A stretch of DNA of 64,000 bases from Eledone cirrhosa (GCA_964016885.1 OZ024753.1:7564001-7628000), one strand, 5' to 3'. Shown: positions 11,902-28,270, counted from the stretch's first letter. Notes: generated by a model from the sequence alone, not told the origin. Numbers and translations are program-made.

Positions 11902-11933
<32 letters not shown>

Positions 11934-11941
<8 letters not shown>

Positions 11942-12120
11942 ATACTTTGGGAAGGTCATGTTGCCAATAAGAAACACACGCACCAGTTGCTTTCACTTGT
12001 GAAGCAACTGGTGCGTGTGTTTCTTATTGGCAACATGACCCTCCCAAAGTATAACAATATCGGTTTCAACACACGATTTCAGATAAAGAATCTTGCTAAA
12101 CAAATTCAGAAACGAAATAT
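11934..12120. mobile_element. Fold-back of dispersed family G between (TA)n tracts
   Basis: Inverted arms about 11934-11996 and 11999-12060. Same family at 24143-24541, 39680-39740, 41343-41430 and 53303-53390. Confidence 0.7.
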
Positions 12121-12228
12121 ATATATATATAGTTTAATAAATAAACAGAGAACAAAAAAACACAAAAACGAAGTGTCAGTACAAATGATATTAGTATTAG
12201 TTTCGGGCTTGAGAGCCCGGGGTGGGGG

Positions 12229-12293
<65 letters not shown>

Positions 12294-12679
12294 AGTGTTG
12301 TGTGTGTGTTGTGTGTGTGTGTGTGTGTGTATGTATGTAATGTTCGTACGTTTGTTGACTTTATATCAGATTTATTACAGAAATAAGTGTTAAGTTGATA
12401 ATACAGACTTCTTATAGGAGAAATATGTTGATTTACTTTACGTATTATTATTACAGTTGATATCAGCTGAAAGATTGGCGAATTCAACTTTTCTGGTGTT
12501 CGTCAGTCACAGCTAAACAAATTATTCCTTTCAAACAGTTAATGAATGGAATCGGTCAAACAATGTCGTCTGCACACCTTCAGGTAATCAGTTTGTAATT
12601 ATATTACAAACATATATATATATAGACAGAGAGATATATAGATATAGATATAGATTTATCATATGTATATACACATTTA

Positions 12680-12754
<75 letters not shown>

Positions 12755-12797
12755 ATGTATGTATGTATGTATGTATGTATGTATGTATACATTTATA

Positions 12798-12845
<48 letters not shown>

Positions 12846-12853
12846 AGGATAAA

Positions 12854-12899
<46 letters not shown>

Positions 12900-12969
12900 A
12901 TAAAAGATATATATTGATATATATATATATACATATATATGTATATAAGGATAAAAGTTATATATTTAT

Positions 12970-13089
<120 letters not shown>

Positions 13090-13126
13090 TGTGTGTGAGA
13101 TACAGATAGATAGATAAATATATACC

Positions 13127-13173
<47 letters not shown>

Positions 13174-13299
13174 ATGTATGTGTGTAAGTGTGTATATATA
13201 TGTATGTACATATGGGTATCTTATTTTGCGGTTTAATAAATATGGGTGTGAAAATATATATATTTTCCAATAAGGAGTGTATTTATGTTTATTATATTT

Positions 13300-14510
13300 A
13301 ATTGGGTTGATATGACGTTGTTGCTGCTGTTGTTGTTGTGTGTAGTTGTTGTTGTTGTGGTAGTTGTGGTAGTTGTAGATGTTGTTGTTGTTGTTGTTGT
13401 TGTTGTTTTTGTGGTAGTTGTAGTAGGTGTAGATGCTGTTGTTGTTGTTGGTTTTGTTGCTGTTGTAGATGTTTTTTTTCTGTTGTGGTAGTTGTGGTGT
13501 AGTTGTAGATGATGTTGTTGTTGTTGTTGTTGTTGTTTTTGTTGTTGTGGTAGTTGTAGATGCTGCTGCTGTTGTTGTTGTTTTTGTTGTTGTGGTAGTT
13601 TGTAGATGCTGCTGTTGTTGTTGTTGTTTTTGTTGTTGTGGTAGTTGTAGATGATGTTGTGGTAGTTGTAGATGATGTTGTTGTTGTTGTTGTTGTTGTG
13701 GTAGTTGTAGATGCTGCTGCTGTTGTTGTTGTTTTTGTTGTTGTGGTAGTTGTAGATGCTGCTGCTGTTGTTGTTGTTTTTGTTGTTGTGGTAGTTGTAG
13801 ATGCTGCTGTTGTTGTTGTTGTTTTTGTTGTTGTGGTAGTTGTAGATGATGTTGTGGTAGTTGTAGATGATGTTGGTTGTTGTTGTTGTTGTTGTGGTAG
13901 TTGTAGATGCTGCTGCTGTTGTTGTTGTTTTTGTTGTTGTGGTAGTTGTAGATGCTGCTGCTGTTGTTGTTGTTTTTGTTGTTTGGTAGTTGTAGATGCT
14001 GCTGCTGTTTGTTGTTGTTTTGTTGTTGTGGTAGTTGTTAGATGCTACTGCTGTTGTTGTTGTTTTTGTTGTTGTGGTAGTTGTAGATGCTACTGCTGTT
14101 GTTGTTGTTTTTGTTGTTGTGGTAGTTGTAGATGCTGCTGTTTGTTGTTGTTGTTGTTTTTGTTGTTGTGGTAGTTGTATGATGCTGCTGCTGTTGTTGT
14201 TGTTTTTGTTGTTGTGGTAGTTGTAGATGCTGCTGTTGTTGTTGTTGTTGTTTTTGTTGTTGTGGTAGTTGTAGATGCTGCTGTTGTTGCTGTTGTTGTT
14301 TTTGTTGTTTTGGTAGTTGTAGATGCTGTTGTTGTTGTTTTTGTTGTTGTGGTAGTTGTAGATACTGCTGTTGTTGTTGTTTTTGTTGTGGTAGTTGTAG
14401 ATGCTGCTGTTGTTGTTGTTGTTGTTGTTTTTGTTGTTGTGGTAGTTGTAGATACTGCTGTTGTTGTTGTTTTTGTTTGTGGTAGTTGTAGATGCTGTTG
14501 TTGTTGTTGG
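13300..14510. repeat. (GTT)n-derived minisatellite, ~42-bp unit
   Basis: Repeated GTTGTTGTGGTAGTTGTAGATGCTGCTGCTGTTGTTGTTGTTTTT. Confidence 0.9.
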
Positions 14511-14708
14511 CCATGTTATCAATTTGTGTACGGTAGAAGAATGATATTGTTTGCATTAATTAGCGTTCACGCAACAAACCCCCCCCCCCCCGCCCACCAC
14601 CACCACACCCATTATGCCCTGCTTCTTATTTACTCTTAATTAATGGCTGGTACTCCTTCTCCTTTTCTTCCCCCTACCACACATACACACACACACTTAC
14701 ATATACAT

Positions 14709-14769
<61 letters not shown>

Positions 14770-14937
14770 ATATACACACATATACATAAACACACACCCA
14801 TATATACATACACACACATATATATATATATACACACACACACACATATATATACACACACACATACATACATACACACACGTATATGTATATATATACA
14901 TATACACACACATATACATACAGACACACATATACAT

Positions 14938-14980
<43 letters not shown>

Positions 14981-15152
14981 GACACATATATATACACACA
15001 CACATACACACACATATACATTCACACACATATTACACACACACACATTACACACACAAATATATATACATATACACACACATACATCCAGACACACATA
15101 TACATACACACACGCACACATATATATATAGGTACACACACACACACACACA

Positions 15153-15185
<33 letters not shown>

Positions 15186-15319
15186 TCTCTCTCTCTCTCT
15201 TCCTCTCTCAAACAAACACTCATTCATGCCCTCAGTTTTCCTCCATCTATCAACATATACATAGGTATATATATATGTGTATGTGCGTGTATGTGTGTGT
15301 GCGTGCGTGTGTGTGTGTG

Positions 15320-15380
<61 letters not shown>

Positions 15381-15459
15381 AGGTAAATAAAAGTGTGAAT
15401 TGCAATATATATTATATACGTATGTGTACACAATACATATATTAGTTTTATTATATATA

Positions 15460-15845
15460 TCCCGCCGAGGTTAACTTTGCCTTTCATCCATACGGGGACG
15501 ATAAAATAAAGTACCAGTAATACACTGGGATAATTGCTGGCCTTGTGCCAAAAGTAGAAACAATTATATATATATATCTATAGTTTGATTTCTCCCGGAT
15601 GAAACAGTTCTAGTCCTGTATAAGCCTTTTCTATATATATATAGATATATATATAGTCATAATTGTTTCTACTATTGGCACAAGGCCAGCAATTTCTCAG
15701 TACATTACTGGTACTTTATCTTTATCGACCCCGTAAGGATGAAAGGCAAAGTTAACCTCGGCGGGATTTGAACTCAGAATGTAAAGGGGACGTAACTATG
15801 CTAGAAAGCATGGCGTCCAACCCTCTACCGATACTTGCCAGTGAA
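15460..15845. mobile_element. SINE family 1 copies: partial plus copy at 15460-15567, minus copy at 15660-15845
   Basis: Family 1 motif in both orientations. Confidence 0.75.
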
Positions 15846-15957
15846 TGTAAATCCGAAGTGGTCTCGATAAGGATTATATATATATATATATATAATATAT
15901 ATAATATGTATATAATATATATATAATATATATTATATATATTTAATATATATATAT

Positions 15958-16002
<45 letters not shown>

Positions 16003-16098
16003 TAATATATATATATATATTATATATATATAATATATATATATATATATAATAATATATATATATATATAATATATATATATATATATAATATATAT

Positions 16099-16195
<97 letters not shown>

Positions 16196-16295
16196 TATAT
16201 ATATATAATATATATATAATAATGAGTTTTACAGTAGATTGGAAGCACTCTACGGGAAACCATTTAACATCTGAAAGTATGTCAAGTATCATTAT

Positions 16296-16348
16296 ATTTT
16301 GTCTGATGAGGACGTACTGTTGTACATCCGAAATATGTATAATAAAAT
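16296..16348 (+). ncRNA. Hammerhead-like motif followed by AATAAA
   Basis: TTTGT CTGATGA GGA cGTAC tgtt GTAC a TCC GAAATATGTA TAATAAAA. Stem I is weak. Confidence 0.5.
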
Positions 16349-16381
16349 GTAATGATCAAGAGAACATCTATTTTATTAACA

Positions 16382-16420
<39 letters not shown>

Positions 16421-16429
16421 TATATATAT

Positions 16430-19702
<3,273 letters not shown>

Positions 19703-19754
19703 AGCTTCCTGAAGATTTCATCTGAATGAAAACAGTACTAGTCCTGTAGAAGCT
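19703..19754 (+). ncRNA. Type I hammerhead ribozyme, family B variant
   Basis: AGCTTC CTGAAGA t TTC atct GAA t GAAAA CAG tactagtc CTGTA GAAGCT: 6-bp stem I, one extra A in the GAAA strand. Confidence 0.6.
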
Positions 19755-19786
19755 CCTTCTATAAAATATATAATATATAAATATAT

Positions 19787-19818
<32 letters not shown>

Positions 19819-19828
19819 ATATATATAT

Positions 19829-19875
<47 letters not shown>

Positions 19876-19951
19876 TTATATATATATATAGTGAATATAG
19901 ATATATATACATATATATAGTAGATATAGATATATATATATAGTGAATTGT

Positions 19952-20165
19952 GAAGCGTGTGGCTGAGTGGTTAGAGAATTGGATTCGCAAACGTGGCTGT
20001 GAGTCGATTCCTGGACCAGGCGATGCGTTATGTCCATGAGCAAAACACTTTATTTCACGTTGCTCCTTCTACCTGGAGTTGCGACCGATAGATATTATTA
20101 GCAAATGGAAAGACCAACGGAAACATTGTTCCCTCGGTCCGAATTTGACGAAAGTCGATCGTTCC
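19952..20165 (+). mobile_element. tRNA-derived SINE, family 2 (CORE-like, resembles octopus OR SINEs)
   Basis: A box TGGCTGAGTGG, B-box-like GTCGATTCC, CORE-like TGTCCATGAGCAAAACACTT. Confidence 0.7.
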
Positions 20166-20214
20166 TATATATATATATATAATATATATATGTTGTAGAA
20201 TATACAATTAACAT

Positions 20215-20397
20215 ACATGCACAGGCAATATATGTCGAGCCAGCGGATATCACCTTGGAGGATGCAGAGGAGCTGACACAGGACCGCCATCTATAGAGGA
20301 CGCTGGTGGACCCGGTCGGCTCTGCGCTCGATAATGCTTCTGGAATCGCTGGCTTAGTATCACCTTGGGCTCGTCGTCGAACAAAGAAGAAGAAGAG
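20215..20397 (+). mobile_element. RTE-clade LINE extreme 3' fragment
   Basis: Translates to DITLEDAEELTQDRHL*RTLV, like the AQDRxxWRxxV ORF end of RTE elements, followed by a (GAA)n tail. Confidence 0.5.
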
Positions 20398-20762
20398 ACA
20401 TACATACATACACAGACATACGCCTTAAAATCTATAAGCCTACTAAACATATATACAAACACGTTTCTACAAACGTATTTGTAAATATGCGTGTGTTTAG
20501 TTGTGTATCTGCCTGTGTGTGTCTGTTGTGAGTGTGTGTTTATGTGTGTGTATCTATGTGTGTGTGTGTTTATTGCGTGAGTGTATTGCTGTGCTGTGTG
20601 TGTGTGTGGCTGTGCTATGGCTGTGTGTGGGGACGTATTGGCCTCTTGATCTAGTAGTCTCAGTAATCTACAAAGGACGACAAATACAAATATTTATAAT
20701 AAAATAAATATACATATGTTGCTTTATTCATTTACTTACGATGATTAAGAGAAGAAAAATCA

Positions 20763-20796
<34 letters not shown>

Positions 20797-20999
20797 AGCA
20801 GAGTATGTGTGTTGGTGTGTACGAGTGTGTGTGTGTGTTTGTGTTGGAGTAGTGTGTGTGTGTCTGTGTATAGTGTGTAGATGTGTCTGAGATATGTGTG
20901 TGTGTGTGTCTGTGTATATGTGTGTAGATGTGTTTGAGGATATATATATATGATAACAAACATATATTTATATATATTATATATATATATATGACAGTA

Positions 21000-21172
21000 G
21001 ATTGACTTTCGTCAAATCGACCGAGGAAACAATGATTCCATTGGTCTTTCAATTGCTAATACTATCTATCTGTCGCAACTCCAGGTAGAAGGAGCAACAT
21101 GAAAAAAAGTGTCTTGCCCAAAGACATAACGCATCGCCCGGTCCAGGAATCGAACTCACAACCTCACGATTG
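21000..21172 (-). mobile_element. SINE family 2 copy
   Basis: Reverse-complement match to 19952-20165 and 53726-53938. Confidence 0.7.
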
Positions 21173-21212
21173 AGAGAGAGATATGGATAGATAGATAGAT
21201 AGATAGATAGAT

Positions 21213-22210
21213 ATGTTTCTATGTATTGCCACGAGGGCGCAAAAGAAGGTGACAAATACAAGGGGGGGGGGGGGTTACACAAAAGAACGAGTAAAAAAAC
21301 AACAAATAACAAATATAAAATTAACAATAAAGTCCTCAATAGGGAGGAGGCGTTTTGGGGGTCGCCCCCCGAAAAGTGTGCAACTCCTCTCCTCAGGAGC
21401 ACAGAGAGAGGGTGCTCCCTTGTTCTTCCATCTTTTTCACCTACAGGCTGATATAGAGGGAAGGTTCATTCACCCGGGCCATTCTCGCCACTTTCACCCA
21501 CCTTTCATAAAACTGGCTGGGGTGGAACACCTCTCTCTCCATCCTGATCCTTCTTCCGAAATGATATCGGAAGAAAAGGACCAGTTGTTGGCCAGAGAGA
21601 AAGGTGTCTGACCTATGTCCTTTCAAACGCGTCCACCATACAACCTCTTTCGCCATGGCTATTACGCACAGAAACACCGCCTCTCCTTCATTTTTGAAGG
21701 GGGGAGGCGGCTTCATCGTTATAATGGACTCGGTGGTCAACCGGATAGGTTCCACCCGTGACAGCAGTCGTTCGACATAGCCCCACAGATCGGCGACGCC
21801 CGGGCAGTGTACCAATGCATGCGCGACGGTTTCCTCGCCGCGCACGCATCTGGGACAGATCTTTTTCGAGGGGTCCCTACCCGGGCGCACCTGTCTGTAG
21901 AGCTTTTTTCGAACGGGCAGAGCCTCTCTGTAGCACTGCCGGGCCAGGGACCTCTGGAAGCTGTCCATGGGTCCCGGGCTAAATGTCCGACCGAACAGGC
22001 TGGCCAGTTCGTCTTCCTCCATGTCTAGGGTTTCTCCGAGGTCGTCGTCGCACCTACTGCGCTCCAGCCCTCTATAGAATGTCGAGGTGGAGTCTCCACT
22101 AATAGCCGGGTTCACCTGCCAGAGAGCCGTGAGCGCCTGGGCACACTCCGTGTGCCAGGCGCCCAGTTTTCTCGGTCTTTGCTTGACCCAGGGTTGCAGT
22201 TCGGTGAGTG
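21213..22210 (-). mobile_element. L1/Tx1-like LINE, 5'-truncated (~1 kb; zf-RVT CCHC region plus 3' UTR), inserted in (GATA)n
   Basis: ORF 21441-22210 contains ICPRCVRGEETVAHALVHCPGVADLW...AMAKEVVWWTR, a CxxC...ET..H...C zinc knuckle. (GATA)n on both sides. Confidence 0.8.
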
Positions 22211-22252
<42 letters not shown>

Positions 22253-22254
<2 letters not shown>

Positions 22255-22330
22255 TTCTTTATTAGCCACAGGGGCACAAAAGAAGGGGACAAATACAAAG
22301 GGGGAAGTTTACATACAATAAAAACGTGTG
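22253..22330 (-). mobile_element. Very short 3' tail of the same Tx1-like family, in (GATA)n
   Basis: Matches the reverse complement of about 8920-9002. (GATA)n on both flanks. Confidence 0.7.
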
Positions 22331-22379
22331 ATAGATAGATAGATATATATATATATAGATAGATAGATAGATAGATATC

Positions 22380-22555
22380 ATCCTTGAGTCATTGGCGTAT
22401 GTTGTTAACTTGTTTCCAAGTTTGTCATCAATGCCCAATTTCCCATTTAATATCTTACGGGGAATGTTGAAATATCTACCAGACAACAAAGAACTGAGGT
22501 TAAAATAATGGACTAAAGGGCAATACTCCAGCCTGTCCGCAACCCAATATTTGAG
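22380..22555 (-). pseudogene. Possible decayed LINE reverse transcriptase fragment
   Basis: Frameshifted QAGVLPFSPLF ... IDDKLGNKLTTYANDS resembles the QGxxLSPxLF ... YADD motifs. Confidence 0.3.
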
Positions 22556-22974
22556 ACCAGTATACAAAACAGACACATCACACAAAAGAATTGTTTCTAA
22601 TTTAGGCAAAAAAGCAGCAGTTTGGAAAGTCGATTATATCAACCCCCATTGTATTACTGGTACTTTATTTGATCGATACCGGGAGGATAAAAAGGCAAAG
22701 TTGAATTTGACGGGATTTGAACTCAACGTAATCAGACATTATGTCCAACGTGTTCACGATTTCACGAACCACCATCCAATGTACACAAAATAACGTTTTC
22801 TGATTTAGGCACAAAGCCGATTGGGAGAGCGTATAGTTGAGGAAATCGACCCAGTGTGTTACTGGTACAGTATTTTAGTATTTTATCGACACAGGAAAGA
22901 TGAAACAGAAAATTGAAATGGATAGGATTTGAACTCAGAACGTAAAAACAAAAACTGAAACGAAACATATGAAG

Positions 22975-23110
22975 CTCGCGCCTTCTCCATTCTGTCCGCC
23001 GGGGCTGTGGGGCGGCCAGCACGTGGGACCCCATTTGCTCACCATACAGAGAGATGGAGAGCGCGAGAGATGGACGCGATGTGAGTTCGGCTCTTCCGTG
23101 TTCGGACCAT
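22975..23110 (-). repeat. GC-rich ~140-bp dispersed repeat
   Basis: Reverse-complement similarity to 61557-61698. Confidence 0.7.
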
Positions 23111-23479
23111 ATCCTTGTGGGTCATAGCTATATTGGTCTCTTTTCTTCACCACTAATCTTTGTTCCCAATACAGCTCATCATTTTGCTCGACTTTGTCAC
23201 GATTCTGACCATCTCCCAACCTACACGACCCTACACAGCAGCCACACGACCCAACCCCACATCCACAAAGTAATAGCCAACTAATGGAAAAAAGGTGCAA
23301 TTCGAAGATTGAAAAAGTTCTATTGTGAAATTTAGAAAAAAAATGCTGTAGAGTTATGGAAATTATAATAGACATCATGTTTCATTAATTTTCTTTTTCA
23401 TTTACATTGTGAAAAAAAACATTACCTATATACAAGTCATCAAGAAAAAACAGATAAAAAGCTATCTAACACGCCCTCA

Positions 23480-23522
<43 letters not shown>

Positions 23523-23708
23523 GCTATTTACTCCCTTCTCTGTGTCTAACTATCTATAATCTCATATTTGCAATGGATGAATATGATGTTCGTGTGGATG
23601 TACGTACGTATATTTTGTAAGTATATACGTGTGCGTGTGTGTAGGTGTATGTGCAATATATATATATATAGATAGAGAGAGAGAGAGAGACTGAGAGAGA
23701 GAGAGAGA

Positions 23709-23779
<71 letters not shown>

Positions 23780-24112
23780 ACACACACACACACAAGGATA
23801 CAAATATAAGTCAGCGTGTTAGGGGTGGAATGTGAAAAGTGTATGTGTCTATAGTTGACATCATGACTGAAATAAATTCATCATGGCTTACTTATGAGTT
23901 CATTTCTTTTTTGTCTCACCAACTAATACAAATAATACGATAGATTTTATTTTATTACATATGAACTCAATGCTCAATATATATATATATAGATAGATAA
24001 TTAGTGGCTGCTATTTGCTGTATAGCAATATAAGGTTGCACTTACCAATGAAACGGTCGTAAATACCTGAATAAAATCCTTCTCTTGATGCTTACCTGTG
24101 TTTTCTCTTTTA

Positions 24113-24142
<30 letters not shown>

Positions 24143-24146
<4 letters not shown>

Positions 24147-24541
24147 CGTTTCTGAATTTGTTTAGCAAGATTCTTTATCTGAAATCGTGTGTTGAAACCG
24201 ATATTGTTATACTTTGGGAGGGTCATGTTGCCAATAAGAAACACACGCACCAGTTGCTTTCACTTCAGTTTATTATATATTTATAAATTTACAAATTTAC
24301 AAATTTATAAATTTCTGGTTGGTTGGTTGGTTGGTTCCACAACCAAGTAGTTGTTTATATATAGTCATTATATATATATATATATATATAAACAACTATC
24401 TGGTTGTGGAACCAATCAACCAACCAGAAATTTATAAATTTATAAATTTGTAAATTTATAAATATATAATAAACTGAAGTGAAAGCAACTGGTGCGTGTG
24501 TTTCTTATTGGCAACATGACCCTCCCAAAGTATAACAATAT
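24143..24541. mobile_element. Family G element with ~160-bp inverted arms
   Basis: Arms about 24201-24360 and 24386-24541, separated by a short (TA)n tract. Confidence 0.75.
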
Positions 24542-24970
24542 ATATATATATATATATATAGTAATAATAATAAATTTGAAGACTAAAATCCAAAGAGGGT
24601 TCGATAAGGATAAATATATATCAAATATATAAGATCGGAGAGCAAATATTTATTAAAATAACAGATTAAAGTTTAAGCAAAGAATCGCTGCTTTCACCCT
24701 TAACGAGATCTTCTGAAACTCAGAAGATCCCGTTAAGGTTAAAGCAGCCATATGTATACGTCTGTATACATATATGTATGTACGTATACATACTTATATT
24801 TAAGTAACAGCCGTACTAAGAGTGGGAAATGAAATTTCGTTTCATTTTTTCCGTTTATATATATATATATATGTGTGTGTGTAGGAGGTGAGTTTTATTG
24901 TAGTACAATAAAGCAATGCAGATATCGGATAAGAAGCACTCTACAGTTTGTAGGACTGGAGTATAAATAA

Positions 24971-25304
24971 TATATAAGATCAAAAGATGGTTAAAAGAGT
25001 TCCATGTATTTTATTATGCGCATTTCAAAAACAAATATCATCATGCAATAACATTTGTGTTTTCGTCAGATAAAATAGGAAGACATGATATGAAGGTTAA
25101 GATACACTTGTGAATAGTGCAGTTTTAAATCAACATATATGTTGATTTAAAACTACACTATTCACAAGTGTATCTTAACCTTCATATCATGTCTTCCTAT
25201 TTTATCTGACGAAAACACAAATGTTATTGCATGATGATATTTGTTTTTGAAATGCGCATAATAAAATACATGGAACTCTTTTAACCATCTTTTGATCTTA
25301 TATA
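24971..25304. mobile_element. Near-perfect 334-bp palindrome of family A with an HHR on each strand
   Basis: Centre between 25137 and 25138, no loop. HHRs at 25007-25077 (-) and 25198-25268 (+), both with a CTGACGA core. Confidence 0.8.
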
Positions 25305-25310
25305 TATATA

Positions 25311-25363
<53 letters not shown>

Positions 25364-25440
25364 AAAGAAAGACTATTTGAGTTCATAACTCTATATATAA
25401 TATATAACTATATATATATATATATATATATATAACTATA

Positions 25441-25543
<103 letters not shown>

Positions 25544-25829
25544 CTATATATATAATACAAAACGAAACCCAATGAGAGAAGAGAGAGCGCATTATAAAGC
25601 CTATACCTATCTCCTCTATTGAAGAGGTATTGCGAAGTCTGTATTGTGCGTGGCATAGCAAAGGTTCTAAGCGGCCGGCAGCAAAGATACGTGTGACACT
25701 CATACCTTAATTATCAGGCATGATAGGTCATAGGAAAGTTTACACACCTTTATACCTGTGCCCGGTGGTAACTCTACTTCAATGTCATCTCCATCACACC
25801 CCCTCTTCAACTTGTTTGTGTATCTGATC

Positions 25830-27650
25830 ATGTAGGTAGGTAGCTCTGTATGTATATGTGTATGGCATGCCTGTCTGTATGTAGGTATGTAGGTAGCTAT
25901 GTAGGTAGCTCTGTGTGTATATGTGTATGGCATGCCTGTCTGTGTGTATGTAGGTATGTAGCTATGTAGGTAGCTCTGTGTGTATATGTGTATGGCATGC
26001 CTGTCTGTGTGTATGTAGGTAGGTATGTAGCTATGTAGTTTGCTCTGTATGTATATGTGTATGGCATGCCTGTCTGTGTGTATGTAGGTATGTAGGTAGC
26101 TATGTAGGTAGCTATGTATGTATATGTGTATGGCATGCCTGTCTGTGTGTATGTATGTAGGTAGCTATGTAGGTAGCTCTGTGTGTATATGTGTATGGCA
26201 TGCCTGTCTGTGTGTATGTGGGTAGGTATGTAGCTATGTAGTTTGCTCTGTATGTATATGTGTATGGCATGCCTGTCTGTGTGTATGTAGGTATGTAGGT
26301 AGCTATGTAGGTAGCTATGTATGTATATGTGTATGGCATGCCTGTCTGTGTGTATGTATGTAGCTATGTAGGTAGCTCTGTATGTATATGTGTATGGCAT
26401 GCCTGTCTGTGTGTATGTAGGTATGTAGCTATGTAGGTAGCTCTGTATGTATATGTGTATGGCATGCCTGTCTGTGTGTATGTAGGTATGTAGCTATGTA
26501 GGTAGCTCTGTGTGTATATGTGTATGGCATGCCTGTCTGTGTGTATGTATGTATGTATGTAGCTATGTAGGTAGCTCTGTGTGTATATGTGTATGGCATG
26601 CCTGTCTGTGTGTATGTATGTATGTATGTAGCTATGTAGGTAGCTCTGTATGTATATGTGTATGGCATGCCTGTCTGTGTGTATGTATGTATGTATGTAG
26701 CTATGTAGGTAGCTCTGTGTGTATATGTGTATGGCATGCCTGTCTGTGTGTATGTAGGTATGTAGGTAGCTATGTAGGTAGCTCTGTATGTATATGTGTA
26801 TGGCATGCCTGTCTGTGTGTATGTATGTAGGTAGCTATGTAGGTAGCTCTGTATGTATATGTGTATGGCATGCCTGTCTGTGTGTATGTAGGTATGTAGC
26901 TATGTAGGTAGCTATGTGTGTATATGTGTATGGCATGCCTGTCTGTGTGTATGTAGGTAGGTAGCTATGTAGGTAGCTATGTGTGTATATGTGTATGGCA
27001 TGCCTGTCTGTGTGTATGTATGTAGGTATGTAGCTATGTAGGTAGCTCTGTGTGTATATGTGTATGGCATGCCTGTCTGTGTGTATGTAGGTATGTAGGT
27101 AGCTATGTATGTAGCTCTGTGTGTATATGTGTATGGCATGCCTGTCTGTGTGTTTGTATGTAGGTATGTAGGTAGCTATGTAGGTAGCTATGTGTGTATA
27201 TGTGTATGGCATGCCTGTCTGTGTGTATGTAGGTATGTAGCTATGTAGGTAGCTCTGTGTGTATATGTGTATGGCATGCCTGTCTGTGTGTATGTATGTA
27301 GGTATGTAGCTATATATGTATATGTGTATGGCATGCCTGTCTGTGTGTATGTAGGTATGTAGCTATGTAGGTAGCTCTGTGTGTATATGTGTATGGCATG
27401 CCTGTCTGTGTGTATGTAGGTATGTAGCTATGTAGGTAGCTCTGTATGTATATGTGTATGGCATGCCTGTCTGTGTGTATGTAGGTATGTAGCTATGTAG
27501 GTAGCTCTGTGTGTATATGTGTATGGCATGCCTGTCTGTGTATGTGTATGTAGGTAGGTAGCTATGTAGGTAGCTCTGTGTGTATATGTGTATGGCATGC
27601 CTGTCTGTATGTAGGTATGTAGCTATGTAGGTAGCTCTGTATGTATGTGC
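25830..27650. repeat. ~65-69-bp minisatellite (GGCATGCCTGTCTG-marked), decaying into (TATG)n up to about 28270
   Basis: More than 25 recurrences of TATGGCATGCCTGTCTG. Confidence 0.9.
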
Positions 27651-28270
27651 GTACTTATGCATGTATGTATGTAGATATGTGTGTAGGTAAGTATGTATGT
27701 GCGTACTTATGTATGTATGTATGTAGGCAAGTATGTATGTGCGTACTTATGCATGTATGTATGTATGTATGTATGTATGTATGTAGGTAAGTATGTGAGT
27801 ACTTATGTATGTAGGTAGATAGCTATGTATGTATATGTGTATGCATGTATGTATGTATATAGGTAGATAGCTATGTATGTATATGTGTATGCATGTATGT
27901 ATGTAGGTAGGTAGATAGCTATGTATGTATATGCGTATGCATGCCTGTCTGTATATATGTAGGTATGTAGCTATGTATGTGCGTACTTATGCATGTATGT
28001 ATGTATGTAGATATGCATGTAGATAAGTATGTATGTATATATATATATATGCATATATCTATATGGTTAAATATATGTGTATGTATATAGATAGCTATGT
28101 ATGTATATGTGTATGTACGTATGTAGGTAGATAGATATGTATGTAGCTATGTATGTATGTGCGTATGTGCGTATGTACGTAGTGTGTGTGTATGTAGAGA
28201 GGCAGCTATGTATGTATATGCGTATGTATGTCTGTCTGTCTGTATGTATGTATGTATATGTGTATGTATG

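Larger units (their letters stand above)
10293..11907 (+). mobile_element. Retrozyme-like element: 3.6 x 412-bp tandem array with one HHR per full unit and a 131-bp 5' inversion, inserted in (TA)n
   Basis: Unit starts at 10423, 10835, 11247 and 11659. 10293-10423 is the reverse complement of 10476-10606. (TA)n on both flanks. Confidence 0.8.

Noticed and set aside
13233-14639. 429-aa N/T/Q-rich ORF and overlapping ORFs
   Set aside because: Translation of a (GTT)n minisatellite with frame-shifting single-base indels.
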